Shown here: positions 12,212-28,924 of the stretch, one piece after another
Numbering within the stretch: the stretch's first letter is position 1
Layout of the letters: each line of letters begins with the position of its first letter
Source: the human T2T-CHM13v2.0 reference genome, Homo sapiens
Assembly: GCF_009914755.1 (NCBI RefSeq)
Contig: NC_060942.1
DNA: 64,000 nt
Reading direction: 5' to 3' (one strand)
Program-made: the position numbers and the translations under genes
Notes under the pieces: generated by a model
The model's database searches: none
What the model was told of the DNA's origin: nothing
What the model saw: the letters and a program-made list of their open reading frames with translations, nothing else

Positions 12212-15200
12212 GATTAACAACCTGTGTCTCAGCTCCGAAACCTTTTCTAAAGCAGTATAAAAACCTGGTAGAATCAGAAGGCTTCATAAGATGCAAAATA
12301 TGTAAAGAGATTCTTTGTTAGATTTAAGGGATCCAGATGTAGTGTACGAAGTTATATAATCACATTCAGATCCCTAGTATATATGGTTATTGTTGGAATG
12401 CACCTGTTTTTTTTAACACCTTCACAATAAACCTGTGGGGGTAACTCCTATTATTGCCCGGTAAAGGAAGATGCTCAGAAAAGTTCATCCCACCCAATGA
12501 GAAAGGGTGAAAAATACAGAGCTGAGATGCCCACCCAAAACCGCCTCCAAAAGTGTATCATTTTATTAGAAGCTGAAGTTTTTATCTATTTTAAAGACAA
12601 GTCATAAAAGAAGACTGGCTTAATAGTAAAACATTAATGGTAACATTAATTAGCATTCCCATCACCATTGCTCACACTTATTTTCCATCTTACCTCTGCA
12701 ATAAAGGTGCTTACATTTTTTTAAAAAATCAGCATCCAAAAAAAAAATTGAGACCCCAAAAGGGGAAATGATCTCACTGAGTCCCTGAGCAAGTCACAGA
12801 CAATTTTGTCAATCTGATTCCATCTCTAAATCTCTCCTTACCTTGATATTCTAATTAGTAAAAGTGAGAGAAATTATCTCCTATCCTCTTATTTCAATGT
12901 CAGGGAAGGAGCCAAGAAAGAAACTCAGCAGCCTCCACTCTCTGTCTAAATGTTTTGTTGACAAAGCCATATTATATCCACATGCCCAAATGCAAGCAAG
13001 ATGGGAATAACAACAACAAAAACTCTCAAGAATGGCAGGAAGATCATGGAAAAAAGCAGCTGATTCTCCCCTTCCTCAAGAAAAGGGAACAATGGCATCC
13101 ATTCATTTGGAGGTAGAACTTTGAAAGTCCAAGAACTATGGCATGGACTGTTTAACTCTGGTTCCCACTAGGACTTTTCTGCCACTGGCAATTTTGCCAG
13201 AAATTGCACTATAAAACATGAACCAGGGATGGAAGGGTGGGGTGCAGAACCGTGGGAGACCCACACAACCCCCAAAATTCAATTCCACTCTTTATTTCTG
13301 GTTCATGGAAAGAAATTGGCTCAGCACGCAAGCTACTCTGGGATTTGCTGACCCTTCTGCCGGGGGTGATAGGAATCTGTTCCTAATTGACCCTCCTGGA
13401 CAAATCTGGAAACTTCTACTTTGTTCTCCCTGTCTTAGAAGAACTGAGTACATATTGTGCCCAAAGAAAAGTAATTCTAGCAAGTTTTCATCAGTAGGTC
13501 TAACTAAACTGTGGGAGTAACAATCTGGAATTTAAGAAATGCAGTGCCAAGACTCACAATGAGTGGACACTGTGATTTTTAAAAACTCCCAATTTACTCT
13601 TCTGTAAAATGAGAGTATTAATATTGGTATCCTAAAACCATGGTGAGAATTTAATGATACTACATATATACATATATATACAATCTCCAGCATGAAGTGA
13701 GTGCCCCTCCCCTTCCTGGCATAGTCCAATCTAGTGGCATATCCAGAGCCTCCACACTCTAAGATGCTAATATTCGAGGTGTCCTCACTTGAATAGGTCC
13801 CATGGCAGGTGGATCCAGAGATAACCACAGAATCCCATTTTGTACAGCTTTCTGCTCTCAGTGTCTTTGCTTCCTGCTCAAGGGACTCATCACTTTTTTT
13901 TTTCTTCTCTTCTAATCCCTGCTAATAAATCCATTCTCAGACATTTTCTTAACCAATGCTTCAATCATGGAATCAGGAAATTTAAAAGCAGAAATGAATC
14001 TAACAATGTAATTGAGGTTATCCCTCCTCTGGGCAATTGATTCCCAATGTGAATATGAAGAATGGCATCCTTGCAAGCATAGTTTTGGTATTAGTCACTG
14101 TAATGATGAAAAGCTTGTTGTTTTATGTTCAGGGGGCGTGACAGTAAGAAAAGTGGGGGGGTTTCTGAGGGGCCTTGAAATCTCTCTTATCACTCACATC
14201 ATTTCCTTAAAGTTACCATTCATTGGCTTTATGTTATGACTAATAAACTCTTTAAACTAAAATCTATCAACCCTCTTAACAACCACAGATGTAGACAGGT
14301 CCTGATGCATCCTATCTCCTCTCACTCTCCATGACTCTACTCAAACACCTCTCACTAGGGCTGCCAGAGACGTGGAGATGTTATTAAGAGCTCACTTCCT
14401 ATTTTCATCTCACCTGACTTCTCAGTATTTCCACTATTTTGAACATTCCCCTTTTCCTGGAACTCTCTATTCTCTAAGTTTCCTTGATCCACACTCTAGT
14501 TTTCTCATGCCTCTCTGGAGATTCTTTCTTCACCCAGCCATTAAATATTGCAATTCTTCAAAACTTTGTCATAGGTCTTTCCTCTTTTTAAAATTATTTT
14601 CTGAGTAATATCATCCACATGGGCTTCTGTGACCACTTATATATAAATTATGCCTAGACCTCAGATCTCTCCTCTGATCTCCAGTTGCACATATTCAACA
14701 GCCTGCCTCTTGTCCCTGCTTGGATATCTTAAAAACCACAACCCACAAATGTTTATTTGAACTCTCCACCTTCTTCAAGAAGTCTTGGGGTTTAACTGTC
14801 ACAGCAACTCCCAGCATCCACCAAAACAACATTTTTGATCCTTTGATCCCATCACCTTTACCCTCCATATCCTTACTGTAGCCAAGCCCTATAGATTTTT
14901 CTTCCAAATATCTCTTGGATCTGTCCAGTATTTCTACCTTTGATGCCACTTTGGACTACAGCAGTCAATAGCCTTTCAACCAGTCTTATTGTAGCCATTC
15001 TTGTCTAGCTCCAATTCATTCTCTCTAATAGAGGCAAAGCGCTGTGCTAAAAGGCAAATAGAATTTTTCCATTCCCCATTTAAAATACTTCAATGGTACC
15101 TGGTGTTCCTGGATTAAAGACCACAGTCCTTACCAAGACTTTCAGGGGCAAGAGTTCTCCACTCCTGTCGATCGCTATGGTTTCATCTTCACCTGTTCCA

Positions 15201-15317
15201 GCAGACACCTTTCTGTTTCTAACAACAGCAAGCTCAATCCCACCATAGAAACTATGTTTATATTCTCCCCTCTCTGCCTAGAAATCACTTATCATCTCCC
15301 CAAACCCCCTCACCCAC

Positions 15318-16079
<762 letters not shown>

Positions 16080-16634
16080 TGTACCTAAACCCTATTTATT
16101 CTTCAGATTTCAGCCCAATAAGTATTTCCTTAGAGCAGCCATTCCTTCTCTGAATAAGCTCATGCTTCTGAGGAAGTACATACTTCTTTGTGGTCTGCTG
16201 GCCACATCACACAGCAGCAAAGCAAAGCTTCTTCCTCCATAATCTCACATTGGTACACAGCGTCATGTACACACACATAAAAGAGAACACACACATTAAT
16301 TCGCTGAAACACATGTGTACAAGCAGGTATGCCCAATCCCAACAGAATTTTGGGAAGTTTGATTCCCACACACCCCCTAACCCATACAACTCTAAGTCTA
16401 GCATGATTGCCTCACTGAGGGTCTAGGGTACATTTAGGGTAAACATCTCTGGTGCCATGTAGTGAGTGAGTGGGTTTGATTGTGTTGCAGCCAGGGCTGA
16501 TGACCATCTGGACTATTAAAAAGTTAACTTGGATCCAAGGAAGTCCAAAAAGTGGTTCTTTTTGTAGAATAGTAGCCAAAATGTATTTTTACTTGAGTAA
16601 GTTGTACCCTTTTCTAACATAAACAAAGAAACAG

Positions 16635-16969
16635 TGTCTCAGTTCATTTCTGCTGCTATAATACGGCAGAGTGGGCAATTTATAAAGAAGAGGAATTTAT
16701 TCTCACAGTTCTGGAGGTTGGGAAGTCCAAAATCAAGATCCCACTATCTGCTGTGATCTTTCCTATTGTGTTCTCTCATAGTGGAAGGAGGAAAGGCAAG
16801 AGAGAGCAAACTCACTCCTATAGGCCCTTTTCAAAGTGGCATTAATTCATTCATGAGGGCAGAGCCCTCATGACCTAAACACTTCCCAAAAGGTCCCCGC
16901 CTCAACACTGTTACATTGGGTATTAACTTTTCAACACACAAACTTGGGGGTCACATTCAGACCACAGCA
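16635..16969 (-). mobile_element. MLT1A/MSTD-type MaLR LTR
   Basis: tgtctcagtt...ctcacagttctggaggttgggaagtcc...catgagggcagagccctcatgacc...cattcagaccacagca. Confidence 0.8.
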
Positions 16970-16999
16970 TATGATATAAGCAAGCTATCAGTGGCACTA

Positions 17000-17680
17000 C
17001 CCAAATATGCCCACTTCTGTCCATCACCACTGCTACAACATAGATGCAAGATGCCATGAGCCCTTGCCTAAAATATTGCATCAGCCACCTAATTGTCTCT
17101 CTGCTTGTCCTCTACGCTTGCCTCCTTACAATCAGTTCTTCTGTATATGACTTTCAGAATTATATTTTCTGTAACAAATCGTGTCACTTAAATCCCCTGT
17201 CATTCCCTTGCTTGAAACACTTCAATGACTTTCCACCAGACTTAGAATATTATCCAAGCTCCTCACTATAACCTATTAGCTTGTATATTATCAGGGTATC
17301 CCATCTCTTATCACTTCCCCCATCATTCACCCTGATCCCCACCACTTCAGTGATACTTCTACCTATTCCTTGAAGATATCAAGTCAACTCTCAGCTTAGA
17401 GTCTTTCCACAGACTGTTGCCTTTGTCTGGAATACTGCTTCCCTGGGACCTTGTATGCCTGGCTCCTTATTATGTAGATCTCAGCTAAAGATGCCTCTTA
17501 TTTTATCTAAAATAAACCTCCTCAAATCTCTATCACATCGGTTTATTTTATTTCCTTTGTATCTATGATTACTATCTGAATTAATCTTATTATTATTTAT
17601 TTCCTATACCCTCTCAGGAAAAGATAAGCTTCATGAGACAGAGTTGGCCCACAATAAATATTTAATGAATAAACGAATGT
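17000..17680 (+). mobile_element. L2 3' region
   Basis: L2 motifs ending aataaatatttaatgaataaacgaatg. Confidence 0.6.
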
Positions 17681-19149
17681 TTGGCTCCACCAACTCTGCT
17701 GTACACACATATCGCAGACTTAGACAAACAGTGTGTCAGTGTTTATGACTGAGCCATAAAGATGTTAATCTAGCTCTTCTTTCAAAGGTTTTTCTTTCTG
17801 TTTTTTCCTTCTTTACCCAGCAGTAACAGGCCTTCCTGACAACTCAAGTTGTTTGGCATCTTGGGCTCTTGTCTTTACTCCATTCTCCAGCAGCCTTGGA
17901 GTCATTTTATTTTCGTTGCTCTAAACTACATTTGCAAGGTCCAGAACAATGAGATAAACTCTCCCTTCTCCTGTGGCAGAAGCATAAAGGAATTTATAGT
18001 ATCAGACCCTCTCTACTGGAAAAAGTCTTTTCGTAGTCTACTTTGAGCCCAAGTTACTTATCTGCAAACACTTTAATTTGCAACCAATGCACTAATTTAA
18101 TGTCATGCCTATTTTCCAGTGCAGAAAAACTGTCTACTGATCTCTGTATACCCCAGTGTACCATAGAAATTAGCACGTAGTAGGTGTTCTGCAGTGTTTA
18201 CTGAGAAAACAGAATACATTTATGTCTCAAAAAGTTATTAAACTCAGCAGAGACTTAAAAGAATATCAAGTCCCTTCCCATAGGGGAAAAATAACTCTTT
18301 TAGATGGAATGAGATTTACTGTGTCAAAATATATAAAAACCAGTTAGACAGAAAAAGCCCTCCACAAGATCAAAATCATCTCCCAAAAGATGTAATGAAT
18401 GTTTCCATATTTGAGTCACTTCAAACTATACTGAGCACTCTAAAATATGTAATTATAAAGCCCTGTAAAAATAAAAATCTATGTTCCAAGGAAAAGACAC
18501 TGAGCTCTCCTGATTTGAAACCAAGATGGACCAGCATTCACAGCATGTTAATCTCCTTAAGCCACAGTTTCCACATGTGAGAGAACTTAACCTGTGTCCC
18601 GAGGCAGTCAGGAAGCTAAAGCGCTCTTGTCTGCCATGCATGTGAAGACCTTTACATGAAAGGTGTTACAGAAGGCCAAGAAATTCATCTTGGCATTTGT
18701 TTCGACTGGAAAATTCCTTCAAATATTATAAGAAGAAATCCCATAAATGACTCATCGGGTTTCAGCCCTTCATAAATTTTAAAATCAAATGATCTTTTAG
18801 CTTTAAAATTGTAGATAAAGGTTACAGAAAATTCTGCAGTACTATATAAGGCCAACGGCTCTGGTAATGGCCAGTCTTAGACACATACACGTATTGCCTC
18901 TGATGGCTGTGAAAGGGGGATTACCTGTTTATTTTCTGCAATGATTTGCAGGGACAGGGACTAGGGTTTACCTTATGGCATAATAGTCACCAGCCAGCAC
19001 GCAGTCTGATAGTCCCAAGCAGATGAACTTGATTCACTCTGTTATTTATATTCTCCAATTGAGAATGTTTGCATATAAAAGTTTCATTAATTATAAAAAG
19101 AGATAATGTAAAGGAAAAAGCCAGAATCACATCAAAAGGACTTCGGTAT

Positions 19150-19310
19150 TGTGATTCTCTCCCTGCCACACCCCAGTCATATGATTTTGGCCAAGTTATA
19201 ACATCCTCCAGTTTTCTCATCTGTTAAAAGAAAGAATATATTTCAGCTACCCATTTAACAGAATTGTTGTGAAGATTAAATCATGTAATGCATTTGAAAG
19301 CATTAGAAAA
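19150..19310 (+). mobile_element. MIR
   Basis: Core ttggccaagttataac...cagttttctcatctgttaaaa...gttgtgaagattaaat. Confidence 0.6.
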
Positions 19311-19425
19311 ATATAATGTAAAATATTTAAATAAAACATTATAGGTATCATTAATACTGCTAACATTTAGATTGCATTGTAGAAAAATTTTAAGTCTTAG
19401 TATATTAGTCAGAAAAATTGTATCT

Positions 19426-19574
19426 GTTTTTGTTTCTTTTTTTCTTTTTTTTTAAATAGAGACAAGGTCTCACTGTGCTGCCTAGGCAGATCCCAAACTG
19501 CTGAGCTTAAGCAATTCTCCCACCTTGGCCTCACAAAGTGCTGGCATTTCAGGCATGAGCCCCCCAACCTGGCC
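19426..19574 (-). mobile_element. FLAM (Alu left monomer)
   Basis: Single monomer: poly-T, agagacaaggtctcactgtgctgcctagg...caaagtgctgg...cctggcc. Confidence 0.8.
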
Positions 19575-19834
19575 ATATTTTATCTAATTTCTCTCCTTCT
19601 TAAAGAAGGGGACATTTTAACTCTAATCACACCCAATATATCTTACTTTTTGTGTTGTTCAATAATTTACCTATATCTTATTTTTATCCTTAAGTTTGAT
19701 ATTATTATTTTTTTACTCAGTCAACATTGGTTTAGGTTAACCTAAAGTTTACTAAATAATTTAGGATCCCATTTTACATCTCAGACCTTCCCTCTGAAAC
19801 CATTTGTCTTCTTCCTCATATATTTTGTGTAGAG

Positions 19835-20005
19835 CTATGGTTCTCCAACAGGAGCAGCATCAGAAGCCCTGGAGAGCTTGACGTAGCACAGCTTGCTGGG
19901 CCCGCCACAGTGTCTGGTGCAGGGTGGGCTTGAAGATATGCATTTCTTACGTATTCCTGAGAGGTGCTGCTGCTGCTGCTGGGGACCACACTTTGAGAAT
20001 CACTA
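19835..20005. mobile_element. MER5A-like hAT MITE
   Basis: tggttctcc...cagcatcagaagccctggagagcttg...ggggaccacactttgagaatcact. Confidence 0.7.
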
Positions 20006-20018
20006 GAAGACTCTTGCC

Positions 20019-20235
20019 TAGGTTGTCCGTTTACTCTATTGATAGTTTCTTTTGCTGTGCAGCACCTCTTTAGTTTAATTAGATCCCGTTTGTCAATGTT
20101 TGCTTTTGTTGCAATTGCTTTTGGCATCTTTTTCATGAAATTTTTACCCATTCTTTTGTCCAGAATGGTATTGCCTAGGTTGTCTTCCAGGGTTTTTATA
20201 GTTTTGGGTTTTACCTTTATGTCTTTAATCCATCT
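20019..20235 (-). mobile_element. Orphan internal L1PA ORF2 fragment with no 3' UTR or poly-A
   Basis: Translates [41 protein letters not shown]; both flanks are unrelated older repeats. Confidence 0.9.
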
Positions 20236-20834
20236 TTGTGTTGGTCACAAACTCTCAGTCTTTGCTTGTCTGAAAAACGACTTAATTTGCCTTTCTTCCT
20301 GAAGGATAGTTTAGATAGACACATAAATCTAGGTTGATTTGTTTCTTAAGCTTCTCAACAGTACAAATGCTTGTGGAATAATATTTTCTTCTAAGACAGA
20401 CAAAGAGGGAAAGAAAACAAACCCAGATTTTATTATATTATTATCAATATTAACATTCCACATTTATTTGTACTGTTGAGAAGCATAATATCAATGTAAC
20501 TGTTCTCTTGGTGGGTAAACTTTTTTTCTCCTCTTTGATCAATTTTATCATCTTCCTTTTCTTGAAAACGCAATTGTCTGAGGTGAAAATCTCTCTCTCT
20601 CTCTCTCCACCCCCGCCCCCCACTTCTTTTCTTTCATTTTTCCCTCCTTGAGTGTGGTTTCCTTAATCCGCAGCTTCATGTCTTTCATTAGGTCCGAAAA
20701 ATTCTTTGCCATTATCTCTTCAAATATAGCCTCAACCCTATTCTTTCTGTTCTTATACTCTCTTATTCAAAGAGAGATTTTCTGTCTTTGTGTTCCCGGG
20801 ACACAATTTTGAAATCTACCTTCTAGTTCCTTTT

Positions 20835-20980
20835 GCCTCAAACTGTGGGTCTCACTTGACAGCTTATTAGAAATGGCAACTTTTGGACCTCACACCAAAC
20901 CTACAGAATCAGAATCTGCATTTTAACACACTCCCTAGGTGATTGCCATATACGTTCAAGGCTGAGAAGGATGGCTCTAG
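20835..20980. mobile_element. MER5A/B-like hAT MITE
   Basis: gcttattagaaatggcaac...cctacagaatcagaatctgcattttaac...ctaggtgatt. Confidence 0.65.
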
Positions 20981-21060
20981 TTCACGAATTCTCTCTCTTT
21001 GGGTTTATCTAATCTGCTTCTTAATTCATTTATTAATATTATCATTGTAATGATTATACT

Positions 21061-23433
<2,373 letters not shown>

Positions 23434-24084
23434 TTATCTCCTTTTTTACTCCATTTTTGGTTTTTATACAGTTTTTAAATCCTAAATTTTCTGTGCAATT
23501 ATTCTAGTATCTAAAGTCCTTGGCAGTCACCAGGGCTCATTTCCTTGTGTTCTCAATGACTTTGGATTGTGCATTTATATTTGACTGATGTGAATCTATG
23601 GGATTAGAGAACACAAGCTTGTTCCTCCATGTGAATTTGGGTTCTGCTGAGTGATCCCCAGCATATCAACTGTGGTCCTCTTGAAATTTGTTTTCCTGTC
23701 TTGAGATTTTTATGACACCAAAGAGGATGATTTAATCTCTAAATCTGTGTGAGGAACTCGTACCTGATTGTAAGTCCTTTGGGAAAGACAAGTATCATCT
23801 TCCTTTGTCAGGAGGCAAATTTTCCTAACTAACCCCTCAATGAGGACGTGGCCCTATGAGTTTTCTAGCTTTGTGCAAATGTCGCTTTTCTTACTTCCTG
23901 CTTTGCAAAGGCCCAAAACCTTATCTCCTGGCCTCACCAGGCGGCAATAACTTTTAAGTTTCTCATGCAGACAAATGCGCCCACAGCACTTGTAGCTTTG
24001 CTTGTCATTCTGGTCTTCAGTTCATTCCATTTTTGTCCTGGGATTTATCTTACCTTCTTCTGAACTCAGCTTTATTGGGCAAGG

Positions 24085-24220
24085 AAAGAAAAGAGGAAGA
24101 AGAGAGAGACAGAGGGAGAGAGAAGAAAAGAGAGAAGAAGAAAGAGGAGGGAAGAAGATAAGAAAAATAAGTGGGGGAAAAGGTGGAAAAGAGAGAAAGA
24201 AGAAGAAGGAAAGAAGAGGA
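24085..24220. repeat. GA-rich low-complexity tract
   Basis: Almost pure purine on the + strand. Confidence 0.9.
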
Positions 24221-24237
24221 TATTCATCCACCATCAA

Positions 24238-27200
24238 TTTTTTTTTAACTTCTAATTTTAACTTCAGGGGTACATGTGCAGGTTTGTTGTATAGGTAAAC
24301 TTGTGTCATGGGGGTTTATGTTCAGATTACTTTGTCTCCCAGGTATTAAGGCTGATACCCATTAGTTATTTTTTCTGATCCTCTCCCTCTTCCCACCCCC
24401 CACTCTCCAGTAGGCCCCAATGTGTGTTGTTGTCTCCTATGTGATCACGTGTTCTCATCGTTTAGCTATCACTTGTAAGTGAGAACATGCGGTATTTGGT
24501 TTTCTTTTTCTCCATTATTTTGCTAAGAGTAATAGCTTTCAGTTCCATTCATGCACCTGCAAAGGACATTGTCTCGTTCTTTTTTATGGCTGCATAGTAT
24601 TCCATGGTGTATATGTACCACGTTTTCTTTATCTAGTCTACCACTGATGGGCATTTAGGTTGATTCCATGTCTTTACTATTGTGAATAGTGCTATGATGC
24701 TAGAATGATTTGTATTTCTTAGGGTATATACCCAGTAATGGGATTGCTGGGTCAAATGGTAGTTCTGTTTTTAGCTCTTTGAAGAATTGTCACATTGTTT
24801 TCCACAATTGTTGAACTAATTTACAATCCACCAACAGTGTATAAGAATTCCTTTTTCTCTGCAACCTTACCAGTATCTGCTATTTTTTGACTTTTTAATA
24901 ATAGCCATGACTGGTGTGTGATAGGGTATTTCCTTGTGGTTTTGATTTGCATTTCTCTAATGATCAGTGATGTCGAGCTTGTTTTCATATGTTTGTTGGT
25001 CACATGTATGTCTTCTTTTGAAAAGTGTCTGTTCATGTCCTTTGGCTACTTTTTAATGGGGTTGTTTGTTTCCTTCTTCTAAATGTATTTAAGTTCCTTA
25101 TAGATGCTAGATATTAGTCCCTTATCAGCTGGATAGATTGCAAAAATTTCCTCCCATTCTATAGATTGTCTATTTACCTGTTGATAGTTTCTTTTGCTGT
25201 GCAGAAGCTTTTTAGTTTAATGAGATCCCATTTCTCAATTTTTGCTTTTGTTGTGATTGCTTTTCGTGTATTCATCATGAATTTTTTTACTCATTCCTAT
25301 GTCCAGAATTACTGGTATTGCCTAAGTTGTCTTCCATGGTTTTTATTGTTTTGGGTTTTACATTTAGGTCTTTAATCCTATATAATATAATATATATTTA
25401 TATATATATTATATATATTTATTATATATATATTATATATTATATATATAATATATATAATATATGTAATATATATTATATATATAATATATATAATATA
25501 TATAAATATTATATATTTATATATAATATATAAATATTATATATTATATATATTTATATATAATATATAAATATTATATATTATATATATTTATATATAA
25601 TATATAAATATTATATATTATATATATTTATATATAATATATAAATATTATATATTATATATATTTATATATAATATATAAATATTATATATTATATATA
25701 TTTATATATAATATATAAATATTATATATTATATATATTTATATATAATATATAAATATTATATATTATATATATTTATATATAATATATAAATATTATA
25801 TATATTTATATATAATATTAAATATTATATATTATATATATTTATATATAATATATAAATATTATATATTATATATATTTATATATAATATATAAATATT
25901 ATATATTATATATATTTATATATAATATATAAATATTATATATTTATATATATTTATATATAATATATAAATATTATATATTTATATATATTTATATATA
26001 ATTATATAAATATTATATATTTATATATATTTATATATAATTATATAAATATTATATATTTATATATATTTATATATAATTATATAAATATTATATTTAT
26101 AATATTTATATATTATATATTTATATATTTATATATTATATATAATATATAAATATATATATTTATATATTATATATTATATATATAATTATATATAATA
26201 TATATTATATTTTATATATAATATATAATATATAAATATATAAATATATAATATATTATATATTATATATATTATATATTATATATAATATATAATATAT
26301 ATTATATATTATATATAAATATATAATATATATATTATATATAATATATAATATATATTATATATATTTATATATAATATATAATATATATTATATAAAT
26401 ATATATTATATATATTTATATATAAATATATATTTACATAAATATATAAATATTATATTTATATATATTTATATATATTTATATATTATATATAAATATT
26501 ATATTTATATATATTTATATATTATATATAAATATTATATTTATATATATTTATATATTATATATAAATATTATATTTATATATTTCTGCATTATATATA
26601 AATATCATATATATTTCTATATTATATATAAATATCATATATATAATATTTATATATTATATATAAATATAATATATATAATATTTATATATTATATATA
26701 AATATATTTATAATATTTATATATTACATATAAATATATTTATAATATTTATATATTATATCATATTTATAATATTTATATATTATATCATATTTATAAT
26801 ATTTATATATTATATATATCATATTTATATTTATATATGATATAAAAATATATTTATAATATTTATATATGATATAAAAATATATTTATAATATTTATAT
26901 ATGATATAAAAATATATTTATATATATTTATATATGATATAAAAATATATTTATATATATTTATATATGATATAAAAATATATTTATATATATTTATATA
27001 TGATATAAAAATATATTTATATATATTTATATATGATATAAAAATATATTTATATATATTTATATATGATATAAAAATATATTTATATATATTTATATAT
27101 GATATAAAAATATATTTATATATATTTATATATGATATAAAATATATTTATATATATTTATATATGATATAAAATATATTTATATATATTTGTATATGAT

Positions 27201-28738
27201 ATAAAATATATTTATATATATTTGTATATGATATAAAATATATTTATATATATTTGTATATGATATAAAATATATTTATATATATTTGTATATGATATAA
27301 AATATATTTATATATATTTGTATATGATATAAAATATATTTATATATATTTGTATATGATATAAAATATATTTATATATATTTGTATATGATATAAAATA
27401 TATTTATATATATTTGTATATGATATAAAATATATTATATTTATATAATATTTATATAAATATAATATTTATATATATTTTATATAAATATAATATTTAT
27501 ATATATAAATATTATATTTAAATATATTTTCATATATACATATTATATTTATATATATTTTCATATATAAATATTATCTTTATATATATTTTCATATATA
27601 AATATTATCTTTATATATATTTTCATATATAAATATTATCTTTATATATATTTTCATATATAAATATTATCTTTATATATATTTTCATATATAAATATTA
27701 TCGTTATATATATTTTCATATATAAATATTATCTTTATATATATTTTCATATATAAATATTATCTTTATATATATTTTCATATATATATAATATGTATTG
27801 TAAGAAAGGGGTCCAGTTTCATTCTTCTGCATATGGCTAGCCAGTTATCCCAGCACCATTTATTGAATGGGGAGTCCTTTCACCATTACTTGTTTTTGTC
27901 AGCTTTTTCAAAGATCAGATAGTTGTAGGTGTGTGACCTTATTTCTGAGCTCTCTAGTCTGTTCTATTGGTCTATGTGCCTGTTTTTATACCAATACCAT
28001 GCTGTTTTGGTTACAGCAGCACTGTAGTATATTTTGAACTTGGGTAGCAAGATGCCTCCAGCTTTGTTCTTTTTGCTTAGGATTGCCTTCGCCATTCAGG
28101 CCCATTTTTTGGTTTCATATGAATTTTAAAACAATTTTTCCTAAGTTTTTGTGAAGAATGTCTTTGGTAGTTTGATAGGAATAGCATTGAATCTATAAAT
28201 TGCTTTGGGCAGTATGGCCCTTTTAATGATGTCGATTCTTCCTATCCATGAGCATGAAATGTTTTTCCATTTGTTTATATCATCTATGATTTCTTTGAGC
28301 AATGTTTTGTAGTTCTCATTGCAGAGATGTTTCACTCCAATAGTTAGCTGTATTCCCTGGTATTTTATTCTTTTTGTGGCAATTGTGAATGGGATTGCAT
28401 TCTTGATTTGGCTCTCAGCTTGACTGTTGCTTGTGTATAAGAATGATTCTTCTCTTTTTACATTGATTTTGTATCCTGAGACTTCACTGAAGTTGTTTAT
28501 CTGCTTAAGGAACTTTTGGCCTGAGACTTTGGGGTTTTCTAGATATAGAATTATGTTGTCTACAAACAGATAGTTTGACTTTCTCATTTCCTATTTGGAT
28601 GCCCTTTATTTGTTTCTCCTACCTGATTGCTCTGGCCAGGACTTCCAATAATATGTAAATAAGAGTGGTGAGAGAGAGCATTCTTGTGTTGTGCCAGTTT
28701 TCGAGGGGAATGCTTCTAGCTTTTGCCCATTCAGTATG
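24238..28738 (-). mobile_element. 5'-truncated older L1 (about L1PA13-15) split by an AT minisatellite
   Basis: 3' UTR ggggtacatgtgcaggtttgttgtataggtaaacttgtgtcatgggg; ORF2 remnants 24821-25036 and 28141-28587 are collinear across the array. Confidence 0.9.
25380..27795. repeat. About 2.4 kb AT-rich minisatellite/VNTR with 37-, 33-, 32- and 31-bp unit blocks
   Basis: Periods read from marker bases: g27002/g27035 (33), g27192/g27224 (32), c27624/c27655 (31); a 37-mer block at about 25520-25930. Confidence 0.98.
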
Positions 28739-28924
28739 TGTCAATTATTTTGAAGCAGGTAGGATTTTCAGTTTTTACATATAGCCAGATACTCTCCAGA
28801 CCCCCTGCAGGATATAGATTTTACTTCTATTGTTAGACCACGTGCTCTTTCACCTGTTGGCATTTGTTCATGTCTGCTTGGAACTGTCTACCCCTGTTTA
28901 ATTACGTCCACTTCTTTTACCTGT

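Noticed and set aside
17790-17945. Strong + strand acceptor (ttttttccttctttacccag|cag)
   Set aside because: No convincing donor site or recognisable coding frame downstream.
25380-27795. Regular 31-37 bp periodicity as a CRISPR-like array
   Set aside because: Head-to-tail AT units with no unique spacers, in primate DNA, with no cas genes.
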